Part shown: positions 17,237 to 26,561 of the stretch, one piece after another
Layout of the letters: each line of letters opens with the position of its first letter
How positions within the stretch are numbered: the first letter of the stretch is position 1
Notes under the pieces: model-generated
Database searches by the model: none
The model's input: the letters and a program-made list of their open reading frames with translations, nothing else
Told to the model about the DNA's origin: nothing
From: Pseudobdellovibrionaceae bacterium
GTDB lineage: Bacteria; Bdellovibrionota; Bdellovibrionia; Bdellovibrionales; UBA1609
Assembly (NCBI GenBank): GCA_023954155.1
Contig: JAMLIO010000002.1
Location: 130,221-194,220 of the forward strand
Length of the DNA: 64,000 bases
Direction of reading: 5' to 3'
Made by a program: the position numbers and the translations under genes

Positions 17237-17901
17237 AATCGATTTTATTGAGCATGTTATTTCTATTTTCAAGTATTACTTTTATAAGTGACTCCTGTTT
17301 GTTGTTTTCAAATAGTATTTTTGCAAAGGTCTCTTTGTCTTCAGGTAGTCCAGCAAATCGCTCTTTATTTTTATTTGCAAACAGGGCTTACGCCAATGTC
17401 TCTTTATTTGAGTTGAGTACGGTTTGGAAAAATCAAAATAATGAAGATGTAGTTCTAAGTGATCTTAAGGGTAGCCCTACGCTCATCACTATGATGTACA
17501 CCAGTTGTGTGCACACCTGTCCTATGATTGTGTCTAAGTTAGAAGAGATCAATAAGCAGTTAAAAAAGGCCAAACTTCCTCCTGTAAAGGTCGTTATGGC
17601 GTCCTTTGATGAAAAGGCCGACACTCCAGAGGCGCTGAAGGCCTATATGAAAAAACGCAAGCTTTCCGAAAAGGATTGGACACTGTTGTCGCCCAGTTCA
17701 ACCAGTACGGCCAGAGAGTTGTCAGTGCTTTTGGGGATCAGTTTTAAAAAGTTAGATGACAAAGATTTTTCCCATTCTAATATTATCACTTTATTGGATA
17801 AAGACGGTGTGGCTATTGCTAAGATTGAAAGTCTTGCGGCAGATACAAAGGTGTTTGTTGAAGCTTTAAAAAAACAAATTCAACCTAAGAAAAAGAAATA
17901 A
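17233..17901 (+). CDS. SCO1/SenC-family copper chaperone
   Basis: ATGA overlap with nirV. Thioredoxin-like CxxxC motif (YTSCVHTCP) and downstream His (FSHSNI). Confidence 0.85.
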   Translation: MKSILLSMLFLFSSITFISDSCLLFSNSIFAKVSLSSGSPANRSLFLFANRAYANVSLFELSTVWKNQNNEDVVLSDLKGSPTLITMMYTSCVHTCPMIVSKLEEINKQLKKAKLPPVKVVMASFDEKADTPEALKAYMKKRKLSEKDWTLLSPSSTSTARELSVLLGISFKKLDDKDFSHSNIITLLDKDGVAIAKIESLAADTKVFVEALKKQIQPKKKK

Positions 17902-18029
17902 ACTTAAGTTCAATAATAAGTGGCCCAAGCCAAAGTAAACTTAAAACCTAAGAAATAAAATGATTTCTCGGGGGGGCAAGTATAGGGTCACGGAGTTTAA
18001 GAAACAGTGCGTGGAGTGTAAGCTACAGC

Positions 18030-18737
18030 CTATTGTTCCGCTTTCATGATCTCAATGATTTTTGCGGTGTTGGCAATAGTAATGGTCTGTTCATTCGTGG
18101 AAATATAACCTTTTTTGGACCATTCACTCATGATTCTGATGATAGACTCCACAGATGATCCCACTGAATCTGCAATCTCTTTACGAGTCAGAGGAATAGG
18201 AATCTGGATGTTGTCATGAATCGCAGTCTGCTTGTCGATAAGGTTAATAAGCAAAGATGCAATTTTAGATGAAAGAGGGGCTTTAGTTAAAGCTCTTTGG
18301 CTTTGTATGGTTGTCATTCTTTCGGTAAGTAGCCTTTGAACATGTAAAATCAAATCAATGTTTTGTGTCCAGTGCTTTAAATAGGTTTTTTGTGGAATTC
18401 GTAACGCCCGCGACGGACCGATAGCCGTGGAAGTGAGAGGATAAATAGGAGAATCTTTAGACATCATAAAAGCTGCCATAAGGTCACCAGGAGGGCAGAA
18501 GTGTAAAATGATGATCTCCCCTGAGGGTGAAGATTTACTGAGCTTATAGGCTCCGCTGAGGACAATATAAAAGTACTCGGCTTTAGTGTCCGCAGCAAAC
18601 AGTGTGTCTCGGTGGCTGGAAAGAATAACGTCAGACAAAGAGCATAAATCTTCTAAAGTCTTTTGATCTATATTTTTAAATAGGGGAAAAGCCTTAAGCT
18701 CTTGAATGATGCCAGTGTTTATGGGTGTGCTTTTCAT
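18030..18737 (-). CDS. Crp/Fnr-family transcriptional regulator (Dnr/NnrR-like, no N-terminal Cys cluster)
   Basis: cNMP-binding-like N-domain. C-terminal HTH RKEIADSVGSSVESIIRIMSEW carries the E..R recognition residues of the FNR class. ATG at 18737 with AGGA SD; the ORF track starts at the TTG at 18740. Confidence 0.88.
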   Translation of the reverse strand: MKSTPINTGIIQELKAFPLFKNIDQKTLEDLCSLSDVILSSHRDTLFAADTKAEYFYIVLSGAYKLSKSSPSGEIIILHFCPPGDLMAAFMMSKDSPIYPLTSTAIGPSRALRIPQKTYLKHWTQNIDLILHVQRLLTERMTTIQSQRALTKAPLSSKIASLLINLIDKQTAIHDNIQIPIPLTRKEIADSVGSSVESIIRIMSEWSKKGYISTNEQTITIANTAKIIEIMKAEQ

Positions 18738-18786
18738 CAAGTGATCCTAACAATATCTTTAAATTTTTACAATTTTTAACGGGAAG

Positions 18787-18802
18787 TATGATGGGGATCA
18801 TA
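18787..18802. promoter_or_regulatory. FNR/Dnr-type box TATGAT-GGGG-ATCATA in the divergent crp/fnr - OMP intergenic region
   Basis: Half-sites identical to the nirK box. TATAAT at 18825-18830 puts the box centre near -42 of a promoter for the 18841 gene. Confidence 0.6.
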
Positions 18803-18840
18803 AACTTGTATTTAGAAAATTCGTTATAATAATAGACATT

Positions 18841-20013
18841 ATGAGAACTCTTTTCATTTCCGCTCTTCTTTTAGTTTGTCACATATCCTACGCATACGAA
18901 TTTACAGTGAATCCGATGGCTCGCGTAAGGTATGAGTCTTTTAATAGCTATGATTTAGAAGGTGCGCATCGTGCCTTCATCGGTTCAAGGTTTTGGTTGC
19001 TGGGAACGGTCAAGCATGAAGGATATGCTTTTGTATTTCAACCACAGTTTGCAAGAACATGGGGACAAGAGGTTGATGGTCTGACCGCAAGCGGTGGGGT
19101 TGTCGACCCCGAAGCGCATGTCCACCAAGCATATATGCTAGCTCCTCTGTACTCTCATTTTAATATTAAACTTGGGCGCCAAGAGTTGGCCTATGGGGAT
19201 GAACTGATTTTAGGAGCCGTAGGGTGGAGCAATATTGGTCGAAGTTTTGATGCCTTAAAAGTGGAGTTTGAAATTTCAAACCTTCAGTTAGATATGTTTG
19301 TCAGTAAACTTGTAGATCGAAATGCAGTGGGCCCTTCTGTGGGTGATACGGATCTTTATGGTATGTATTTTAAAATGCAAAACCCATTCGAGATTTTAAA
19401 AGAGACCGACCTCTATGTTTTTGGTTTGAATGATAAGAGCCTTTCGCCAAGACAAGATATTTTAACTGCTGGTGCGCGATTTACAGGAAAGCTGCACAGC
19501 TTTGATCACCGCTTGGAAACCATATACCAAAAGATCGCTAGCTCCAATGAAGGACAAGTTGATGCTGAGGTGGGCTTTACCCATGAGCTTTTGGGCCGCC
19601 TAGCTTTGAATTACTTTATGGCCACAGAACACTACAACCAGATGTTTCCTACGGCCCACAAATGGCTAGGGATCGGAGACATGGTAGCTAGAAGAAATAT
19701 CCAAGGGTATCAAGTTAAATTTCAAAAAAATTGGAATGCAAAATTTAAAACTGAACTGACTTACCACAATATGTTTCGATACTCTACTTCAGAGACGGCC
19801 TATCGTATGAATGGAACCACTGCTTTAGGAGACACAGGTTTATCTAGCAAAAATATTGCACAAGAGTATGATCTGATCTTTAATTATGTCTACGATAAAA
19901 ATCTAAGTTACCAGATTGGTGGAGCTGTGTTCGTACCAGAAAACTATTTAAAAGAAAGCGGAAAGGACAAAACCTACACCTTTGGTTATCTACAAGTGAT
20001 GCTCAAGCTTTAG
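18841..20013 (+). CDS. outer-membrane beta-barrel protein (alginate-export/porin-like)
   Basis: Signal peptide (LLVCHISYA). Alternating beta-strand pattern throughout. Family assignment is by overall resemblance only. Confidence 0.72.
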   Translation: MRTLFISALLLVCHISYAYEFTVNPMARVRYESFNSYDLEGAHRAFIGSRFWLLGTVKHEGYAFVFQPQFARTWGQEVDGLTASGGVVDPEAHVHQAYMLAPLYSHFNIKLGRQELAYGDELILGAVGWSNIGRSFDALKVEFEISNLQLDMFVSKLVDRNAVGPSVGDTDLYGMYFKMQNPFEILKETDLYVFGLNDKSLSPRQDILTAGARFTGKLHSFDHRLETIYQKIASSNEGQVDAEVGFTHELLGRLALNYFMATEHYNQMFPTAHKWLGIGDMVARRNIQGYQVKFQKNWNAKFKTELTYHNMFRYSTSETAYRMNGTTALGDTGLSSKNIAQEYDLIFNYVYDKNLSYQIGGAVFVPENYLKESGKDKTYTFGYLQVMLKL

Positions 20014-20019
20014 TAAAAG

Positions 20020-20056
20020 CGTGAGAGTGGGGACTTAAGGTTTGGCTCTCACGTTT
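20020..20056 (+). terminator. weak terminator-like hairpin after the OMP gene
   Basis: 8-bp stem cgtgagag / ctctcacg with a large 18-nt loop, followed by TTT. Confidence 0.35.
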
Positions 20057-20145
20057 CATAAATCTTATTATTGTTTTACGTCATACAGCTTCAGGCCATA
20101 GGACTTAGTTTGGTGGACTTAAGTATTTCGTTTGGATTTCAAAAT

Positions 20146-21243
20146 TTACTTGGTGAATTTTTTAAGCTCTTTGATTCGTGCTCTTTCAAATTCAGGAACG
20201 TGCATCCCTGAGCTTCCAGAATAACCTAAGATGATCTTGTCTTCATACTTTTTAAAGCATTCACTGGCCAACTCTGTTTTAGGATGCGTTCTTACACATA
20301 AAGCATAATAATTCTCTGGAACCATAAAGATAGAGATTTCAGGGAAGTGGGCATAAATGTCGCCAAGAGCGGCATAGGCTGAGGCTCTTTCTTCATTGGT
20401 TTTTAAATCCTTTAATTTTTCGTGAAGAAGATTTTTAATTTTTAAAGAGGTGTAGAGTGATTTTTCAAAAGTCATAAAGTCGCTTTGATAAGACTGTAGC
20501 TCTGTCAAAGCCTCTTGAACACTTTTGATCTCTTGGGGCTTACTGACGTTGGATCTTAGATTTTTAAGATCATTTAACGTGCCCTTATTGGTGGCTTTAT
20601 CTTGGATATTTTTTAAATCCACCAAAATTTTATCTTTGTCGTAATCCGCAAGCAGCGCAGAGTTGATGTAGTGGACTAAGGCGCGGTGGGTCTGAAAGTA
20701 ATCGCTGGGAGTAGCAGATGTAAGTAAAATCGTCTTAAAGATTTCAGCAGAGGCTTGATAGTCTCGCATAGCTAGTGCTAAGTGCCCTTTTTCTGTTTCT
20801 GGAATTTTATTGTCTTTAAAAAGATCAAAAAGATGGGTGGACTTGCCTCCTTTAGAATGGCAAGCAGCACACTGACCAATAGCGTGTCGAGTATAAAAGA
20901 CACTCTGTTTGGGATCAAGGGGCATCAACTTTTCTGCCATATCCAGACTGTGTTTAAACTGATCGTATTCAGCTTTAATGGCAGGGTCTTTTTTAGAGAA
21001 AAAATTGATCACAGAAAACTTTAAACCATGAGAGACATTATTAAGATCTTGGATCGCAGAACTTAAAGTGGCACGCTCCTGTTCTGTGAACGTACTTTTA
21101 TTCAAATCTACAGAGTAAATTTTAGCAACAGGCCCAACGAACCCCAGCATCTTTCGTGTCCATTCTTCAGACTGGGCTAGTGCAGTCAGGGTGATCAAAA
21201 GGGCAGGTAAAACATAAATCAAGGAACGTAAAAGTGCTTTCAT
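20146..21243 (-). CDS. secreted c-type cytochrome domain protein
   Basis: Start at the internal ATG (MKALLRSLIYVLPALL, signal peptide) with AAGGAG SD. Single haem-binding motif CAACH. The rest is helical and uncharacterised. Confidence 0.7.
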   Translation of the reverse strand: MKALLRSLIYVLPALLITLTALAQSEEWTRKMLGFVGPVAKIYSVDLNKSTFTEQERATLSSAIQDLNNVSHGLKFSVINFFSKKDPAIKAEYDQFKHSLDMAEKLMPLDPKQSVFYTRHAIGQCAACHSKGGKSTHLFDLFKDNKIPETEKGHLALAMRDYQASAEIFKTILLTSATPSDYFQTHRALVHYINSALLADYDKDKILVDLKNIQDKATNKGTLNDLKNLRSNVSKPQEIKSVQEALTELQSYQSDFMTFEKSLYTSLKIKNLLHEKLKDLKTNEERASAYAALGDIYAHFPEISIFMVPENYYALCVRTHPKTELASECFKKYEDKIILGYSGSSGMHVPEFERARIKELKKFTK

Positions 21244-21392
21244 GTGGTGCGATCTCCTTAAAGGCATTTGCCACGCTGTTTGATGAACGGGTGGACTCTT
21301 CACAAGACGTCGAGCTTGAATGTAGCGCTTGAGATCATGTCAAGAGTCACACCTAGGCCTGTTTAAGCATGTGGGAAAACTCAACATTTGAG

Positions 21393-21408
21393 TATGATAA
21401 ATGTCATA
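21393..21408. promoter_or_regulatory. third, imperfect FNR/Dnr-type box TATGAT-AAAT-GTCATA
   Basis: One mismatch to the palindrome at 14944 and 18787. Lies in the divergent region between the cytochrome gene (start 21243) and the 21719 gene. Confidence 0.35.
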
Positions 21409-21718
21409 AAAAGAGGAGTCTCATAATTTTTGACTCTTCCAAAGAAGAAACACCAGTATGATGGTCTTGTGTCCTGAGGTTCTACGTCTCAAAATATTTG
21501 ATTCTTTCAAAGAAAAAAACGCAATACAGACTTAGTTCTGCCTTGATATGTGGATAAGAATTTATGTCATAAAAAGTAAGAGGACTGGATTTTTGGATGT
21601 CAAAAAACTGTACAGAAAAGTGGGGAGAGCCCAAGATGGTCGCATGCCTGGCTGTTAAATACGTCCTTATCGTGCATAACTTTTGCAATCTTAGCTTCTG
21701 CTTATGAGGGAGTGTGAA

Positions 21719-22270
21719 ATGCACAAAAAGATTTTGTTATGTTTAATGACATTATGTTGTTATGTCACTTCTGCCAGTGCAGGCACATATTTTGATCAAA
21801 GACAGCACAATTCGTTTTTCTTTTTTGGCAACTGGGGTGGACATGTCACAAGCGAGTGCTTCTTGTATAATGACCTTCCCCAAGACGAAGCTATAATTCC
21901 AGAGCAAACAGGGTATTGTTATTTTGATATTCAACGCGCAAAACAGCCTCGACATTTAGTGCAAGTTCGATATGAAGATTTAAAGGTGATTCATCCTAAG
22001 TTAGTGACAGAGATTGAGGCCTATGTACAGGACCTTATCGAAAATCATCCACCTAATGTTTTTCAGAAGATATTTGCATTTAAAGATCATGATTATGAAC
22101 TCTTAGAAAATTTTGCAGGACGCTTTAAGTATGAGTCCTTGCCTTACCAGGTCTTACTTCGAAGAGATTTCCAAACCTACGAAAAGACCCCTCAGTTTTT
22201 TAACAAAGGGATCGTTGAAGAACTTTTAAAAATCTTTGAAAGTAATTTAGAGCCTTACCGTATCAACTAG
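21719..22270 (+). CDS. hypothetical secreted protein
   Basis: ATG at 21719 with GAGGGAG SD. Signal peptide MHKKILLCLMTLCCYVTSASA. Confidence 0.65.
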   Translation: MHKKILLCLMTLCCYVTSASAGTYFDQRQHNSFFFFGNWGGHVTSECFLYNDLPQDEAIIPEQTGYCYFDIQRAKQPRHLVQVRYEDLKVIHPKLVTEIEAYVQDLIENHPPNVFQKIFAFKDHDYELLENFAGRFKYESLPYQVLLRRDFQTYEKTPQFFNKGIVEELLKIFESNLEPYRIN

Positions 22271-22295
22271 TTGCTCGTAGATAATTCCTTAAGAC

Positions 22296-22799
22296 CTATT
22301 TTTTCTTAGCTTTGGTCTTCTTGCCTTTGTCTTTGGATACATTGTTGACCTTGCGATCTTTAGAGTGCTTATAGCACTTTGCCCAAAGTTCTTTATATGT
22401 GTCAGCATTTGTTTTTTTAGTCACACTAAGTTCAATAAGATCTTTAGTTTTTCTCAGTTCTGCCTCTTCAGCATCAGAAGATTCCTGGCAAAGAGGGAGT
22501 TCAGAGATATCTGGTCGGAAGACTCTTAAGAACACAGAAGATGCTCCTGCTACCCATGTTGTTAAAAAATATTCAGTGTCATCAAAAGTGTACTTTTTAA
22601 TTTCTGCTAAAGCATAAGGTTCCACACTGGGTTTAAAGACCACAGTTTCTCCAGTGCTGGATTTAAACTGCACAGAAGAGAGGGTATAAGTAAGGTGCTG
22701 TGTGCCTTCGACTGGAACTTCTTGTGTAAGTTCTTTGGCTTCCCAAGCGTAAGCGATTTGACTGATTAGAAGAATGGATATTGCAATAATATTTTTCAT
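22296..22799 (-). CDS. hypothetical secreted protein with Lys-rich C-terminus
   Basis: Signal peptide MKNIIAISILLISQIAYA. Tail KDKGKKTKAKKK. Confidence 0.7.
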   Translation of the reverse strand: MKNIIAISILLISQIAYAWEAKELTQEVPVEGTQHLTYTLSSVQFKSSTGETVVFKPSVEPYALAEIKKYTFDDTEYFLTTWVAGASSVFLRVFRPDISELPLCQESSDAEEAELRKTKDLIELSVTKKTNADTYKELWAKCYKHSKDRKVNNVSKDKGKKTKAKKK

Positions 22800-22811
22800 A
22801 TGCGTCTACCT

Positions 22812-23486
22812 TTATTTTACCTTATTCAAACATGATTCTGTTAAGCCATTTTTGTCAACACAGTTCTTACAAGCCATAATTTTATCAGCGTAGGTCTTGT
22901 TGATAGCCGCAGAGGCTCCTCTGTATCTTTGTAATATTGTGTGCAGATTTGTGCTTCCCGATTCGGCTCGCTTAAGATGAAATGTAGAAACAATTAAATT
23001 AAGCTGTTCTACAATAGACTTAGCTGACCTTTTTCTATAATTGTCAGCGGTAAGGTCTTTATTGAAGCCTGGCATTAAAGGCTGAAACCAACGCTTTTTT
23101 AAGAGTTCTTTAAGAGTCGTATTTGTAACCTGACCAAGACCACTTGCAGTGGATCTTGAATCAGTTGTGCGACGATTAGGAATGTATTCGGACTCTTTGT
23201 TGATCAAACAGACAATAACGTTAGATTTGATATAAGAGTAATCGCTACCTTTGTGTTTAATGATGTCATCAAGCACCCCTTTGGCATATTCAGCTTTTTT
23301 TGTAAGACTTAGAGCATTCCATTTGGGATCGGCGTAGGATATGGCTGTGTTTCTGTTTGTTGCAAACTCAGCCTTTGTAGGAACGTACTTTTCTACAAAG
23401 CTTGGGCTTGATTTAAAACTCTGTTGACGGCCTTGGCCCTGCCCCTGACCTGTTTCTCCATAAGACAGGCTTGGCTGAAGCATCAA
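22812..23486 (-). CDS. SLT-domain lytic transglycosylase
   Basis: Catalytic region INKESEY...ASGLGQVT (ES ... GLxQ motifs). The ORF-track start is TTG/ATG at 23486/23483. A signal peptide is encoded in frame upstream, which implies an ATT start at 23519 (see findings). Confidence 0.75.
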   Translation of the reverse strand: MMLQPSLSYGETGQGQGQGRQQSFKSSPSFVEKYVPTKAEFATNRNTAISYADPKWNALSLTKKAEYAKGVLDDIIKHKGSDYSYIKSNVIVCLINKESEYIPNRRTTDSRSTASGLGQVTNTTLKELLKKRWFQPLMPGFNKDLTADNYRKRSAKSIVEQLNLIVSTFHLKRAESGSTNLHTILQRYRGASAAINKTYADKIMACKNCVDKNGLTESCLNKVK

Positions 23487-23920
23487 AAATAATAAACTGA
23501 GAATATATAAGTGTTTAATAAGACCCCCTTAGACTTCAGAGACAAAACATCACTCTTCTCTTAAGTTCTCAATTCGGTATATTTGGGTCTAGATTTAAGT
23601 GTAAAGTTACATTTTAAGACAGAATTTATGGGGGCCCAAGGATTCAAATCAAATATAAAGTCTTTAAGAATGGACCTGCTATAAAAGCCATAAAATGAAT
23701 CTGAGGGCTCATATAGTCATATTCAAAACTGTGCAAATGTGTCTAGTAGCGTACGTCGACCTAGCCGCTATGGGCTATTTCGTCACACTCTAAGCCATGA
23801 AAATTTGCACATTATTAAACATTGAGCGGTGCTGTAAGTGTGTATTTCTAGTTGCTTTGTGGGAAGTCCAAAAGTATGTGGTAAGGGTTATTCATAACAT
23901 AAAATAAAGGAGAATAAAGC

Positions 23921-24865
23921 ATGAGAAAGGTTTTGATGGCCTTGGCCACAACACTATTTGTGACATGGGGAGCACAAGCTCAAACTGTAAATATTAACAC
24001 TCTAAATACGATCGTAAAGGGGATTCTTGATCCAATCGTAGCTCAGGATACTTTTTTTGAAGACTTGAGTTTGGTTTTTGACCCAAGCACAGATTTAGAT
24101 AATAACTATGTTGGTGTCGAGATATCGGCAGCATCTAGAAGCTTAGCTTGGACACAATCTTTAACGTCATTGAATGTAGGGATCACTTTTGACATGCAAG
24201 AAGTGGCTCGTGGTGAGAGCTTAGCTAGAGGGAACTTAACTTTATCCCTAAACACAGATATATATAGTTTTTCACAATATGTAGCAGCTACATTGCAATC
24301 TATAAATCCATGTCCTGCAGCTTATGATATGTATGCAGATGTGTACAATATGGATTTTCTATTATGTGACAATCTACTTCAGACTTTTGTAGCTGGAGAC
24401 TTCCAAGAGCTTAAGTCTAATTTTGCAAATGTCCTTTTAAATGTCGAAACACAACTAAATGCTCTTCGTGCAACACTTCAAGCAGAGATCGGAACACAAA
24501 CAGATTCAGACATCCTTGATAATTTACGCATGAGCTTACAAAACGTGGATGATTATTTACAAAGCGTAGGTGCACTTTCTGTAGTTGAAACTGCGGATGA
24601 AGTTGTGTTCACAGTAGACGAACAAGCTTTAAACCCTTCAGGCAGTAAAGACCAATGGAGTCTTAGCCTTATGCTTTCTGAAACATCTCTTTTAGTGTCT
24701 TTGGGTTATGATCACTACCATCCTACAGGTAGCTATGATTCCTATGTTCAAATGGTTAAAAATGAGTTAGTTCTTTTAGAGCAAAATGATCCTGACACAG
24801 TAAATTATATCAGCAGTGCAGCTCAAAGTTATTTAGACTTTGCTAAGATGTTCTTAACTTTCTAA
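23921..24865 (+). CDS. hypothetical secreted protein
   Basis: AAGGAG SD. Signal peptide MRKVLMALATTLFVTWGAQA. Confidence 0.75.
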   Translation: MRKVLMALATTLFVTWGAQAQTVNINTLNTIVKGILDPIVAQDTFFEDLSLVFDPSTDLDNNYVGVEISAASRSLAWTQSLTSLNVGITFDMQEVARGESLARGNLTLSLNTDIYSFSQYVAATLQSINPCPAAYDMYADVYNMDFLLCDNLLQTFVAGDFQELKSNFANVLLNVETQLNALRATLQAEIGTQTDSDILDNLRMSLQNVDDYLQSVGALSVVETADEVVFTVDEQALNPSGSKDQWSLSLMLSETSLLVSLGYDHYHPTGSYDSYVQMVKNELVLLEQNDPDTVNYISSAAQSYLDFAKMFLTF

Positions 24866-24997
24866 GCAGTTTGAGTTTAGAATAAAAATTGAAGCCTAGA
24901 TTTCTCCGAATCCATCACACTAAAGTGTTTGTCGGGGCTGATCTAGGCTGATTTTTTTAATTGAGTGTATAACACTCTTGCTGCTTAAGAGGGTCTG

Positions 24998-25699
24998 ATG
25001 CAAAAGTTCTTAGGAATATTATGTCTTGTGGGACTGATATGTCTATTGGGTTATAATAAATTGGGTTTTTTATCCCATCCAACCTCCACGATCCAAGAGC
25101 CACAACCCAAGTCTGATGTGGTGATCATCAAAAACGTAAGGATATTTCCAAGTTCTGATGGTGAAGTGCTCGAAGATGTCTTTTTGGTGTTTGAAAAGAA
25201 TAAGATTCTAAAAATTACTAAAAGCCTTACTGAAGTTGCAGATTTTGAAAATGCCCTAGTGGTAGATGGTGAAGATAAAACGATCATTCCTCAATTTTTA
25301 ACCGACACGATCCCCCAAGATGTTCTGCAAAAGTCTTTAGAAAGATTAAACGAAATTTCTAGTGATGAAATTATGAGTCTTATGGCGGCGAGGGCCGAAG
25401 CTTTGAATGAAGAAGATAAAGTGATCACCATCAGTGACGAGTTGATCTATTTGGTCAATCATGGTGTGACTCCCAAAGAGGCTTTGCGAATTGCCACTAT
25501 AGAAGTGGCAAAATCTATGGAGCAAGAGCCCAAAGGCTTTTTATCAGAAGGGAATGAGGCGAACTTTATTGTGTTTAGTGGTAATCCACTTATAAATATC
25601 AATAGAATTCACTTCATTTATGAAATATGGGAAGAGGGGAAACTCATCCTTCACGATGAGGCGCAAAAAAGCAGCGCCCCAACCATGCAAGATCTATAA
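24998..25699 (+). CDS. amidohydrolase-like protein lacking the catalytic barrel core
   Basis: The N-terminus (VVIIKNVRIFPSSDGEVLEDVFLVFEKNKILKI) and C-terminus (EGNEANFIVFSGNPLINI...IWEEGKLI) resemble the composite beta-sandwich ends of metal-dependent amidohydrolases. It is only 233 aa and has no HxH motif. Confidence 0.6.
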   Translation: MQKFLGILCLVGLICLLGYNKLGFLSHPTSTIQEPQPKSDVVIIKNVRIFPSSDGEVLEDVFLVFEKNKILKITKSLTEVADFENALVVDGEDKTIIPQFLTDTIPQDVLQKSLERLNEISSDEIMSLMAARAEALNEEDKVITISDELIYLVNHGVTPKEALRIATIEVAKSMEQEPKGFLSEGNEANFIVFSGNPLININRIHFIYEIWEEGKLILHDEAQKSSAPTMQDL

Positions 25700-25721
25700 G
25701 CTCTACCCCTTCAATGAAAAA

Positions 25722-26561
25722 TTATTTTTTGTCTTTTTGGGCTTCCGCTGCCGCTTTGGCTGCGGCCTCTTCTTCAGCCTTTAGGGTTTTGTAAGCCTCG
25801 ACTAATTTTTTTGCAAGACTATGTCCTGACTGAGGATTTTGTCCTGTGATTAAACGTCCTGAAACCACGACATGATCTTCCCACGGAAGAGCGGAATCAA
25901 ATTCTGCATCTTTTAAGCGGAGTTGTGTCTCAAGCATATTAGGTACAACCATGTGAAGATCGACCTCGTACTCTTCGGCGTCTGTGAACGCAGTGAGTTT
26001 TTTGCCTGCCACAAGATAGGAGCCATCAGTGAGTTTGGTGTTCACAAGAGCCGCAGGACCATGACAAATGGCAGAAACAATGCCGCCTCCCTCGTAAATA
26101 TCACGAGTGAGGATTTGAATATCTGGAGAATCAGGAAAGTCCCACATGGTTCCATGTCCACCAGCGAAATGAATGATCTTATAGTCGCTGGCTTTAGTGT
26201 CTCTTACTTTTTTGGTCTCTTTTATGGCCTGCATGAGAGACGCATCATCTAAAAATTTTTTATTTAATGGATCTTCAGGCTTGTTACTGGTCGGGTCCAT
26301 GGGGGCTTCGCCACCTTTGGGGGAGGCAAAATCAATTTCAAAACCTGCTTCTTTTAATGGATAGTAGATGTGAGACACTTCTGATAAGTACCAACCCGTG
26401 GGTTTTCCTGTGTCACCAAGTTGCCCATGATTAGTCACTACGATGAGAGCTTTGGGGGCTGGTGGTGGAACTGCTTTTTTCTTAAAGCATCCTGTTTGTG
26501 TCAAAATCAAAGCCAAGGTTAAACCGATGGTATACAGAGTTTTGAATAAGTGATTTGGCAT
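25722..26561 (-). CDS. DJ-1/PfpI-family (type 1 glutamine amidotransferase-like) lipoprotein
   Basis: ATG at 26561 with GGAGGG SD. Lipobox LTQTGC. Nucleophile elbow AICHGPAAL. Confidence 0.88.
   Translation of the reverse strand: MPNHLFKTLYTIGLTLALILTQTGCFKKKAVPPPAPKALIVVTNHGQLGDTGKPTGWYLSEVSHIYYPLKEAGFEIDFASPKGGEAPMDPTSNKPEDPLNKKFLDDASLMQAIKETKKVRDTKASDYKIIHFAGGHGTMWDFPDSPDIQILTRDIYEGGGIVSAICHGPAALVNTKLTDGSYLVAGKKLTAFTDAEEYEVDLHMVVPNMLETQLRLKDAEFDSALPWEDHVVVSGRLITGQNPQSGHSLAKKLVEAYKTLKAEEEAAAKAAAEAQKDKK

Noticed and set aside
17965-17971. G7 homopolymer as a phase-variation tract
   Set aside because: It lies in the convergent intergenic region between the SCO1 and crp/fnr 3' ends, not in a promoter or CDS. 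Slippage there would have no obvious consequence.
21556-21571. Possible fourth FNR-type box (AAGAAT-TTAT-GTCATA)
   Set aside because: Only the right half-site matches and the left half matches 3 of 6 positions. The similarity comes from a local direct repeat atgtcataaaaag shared with 21401-21413.
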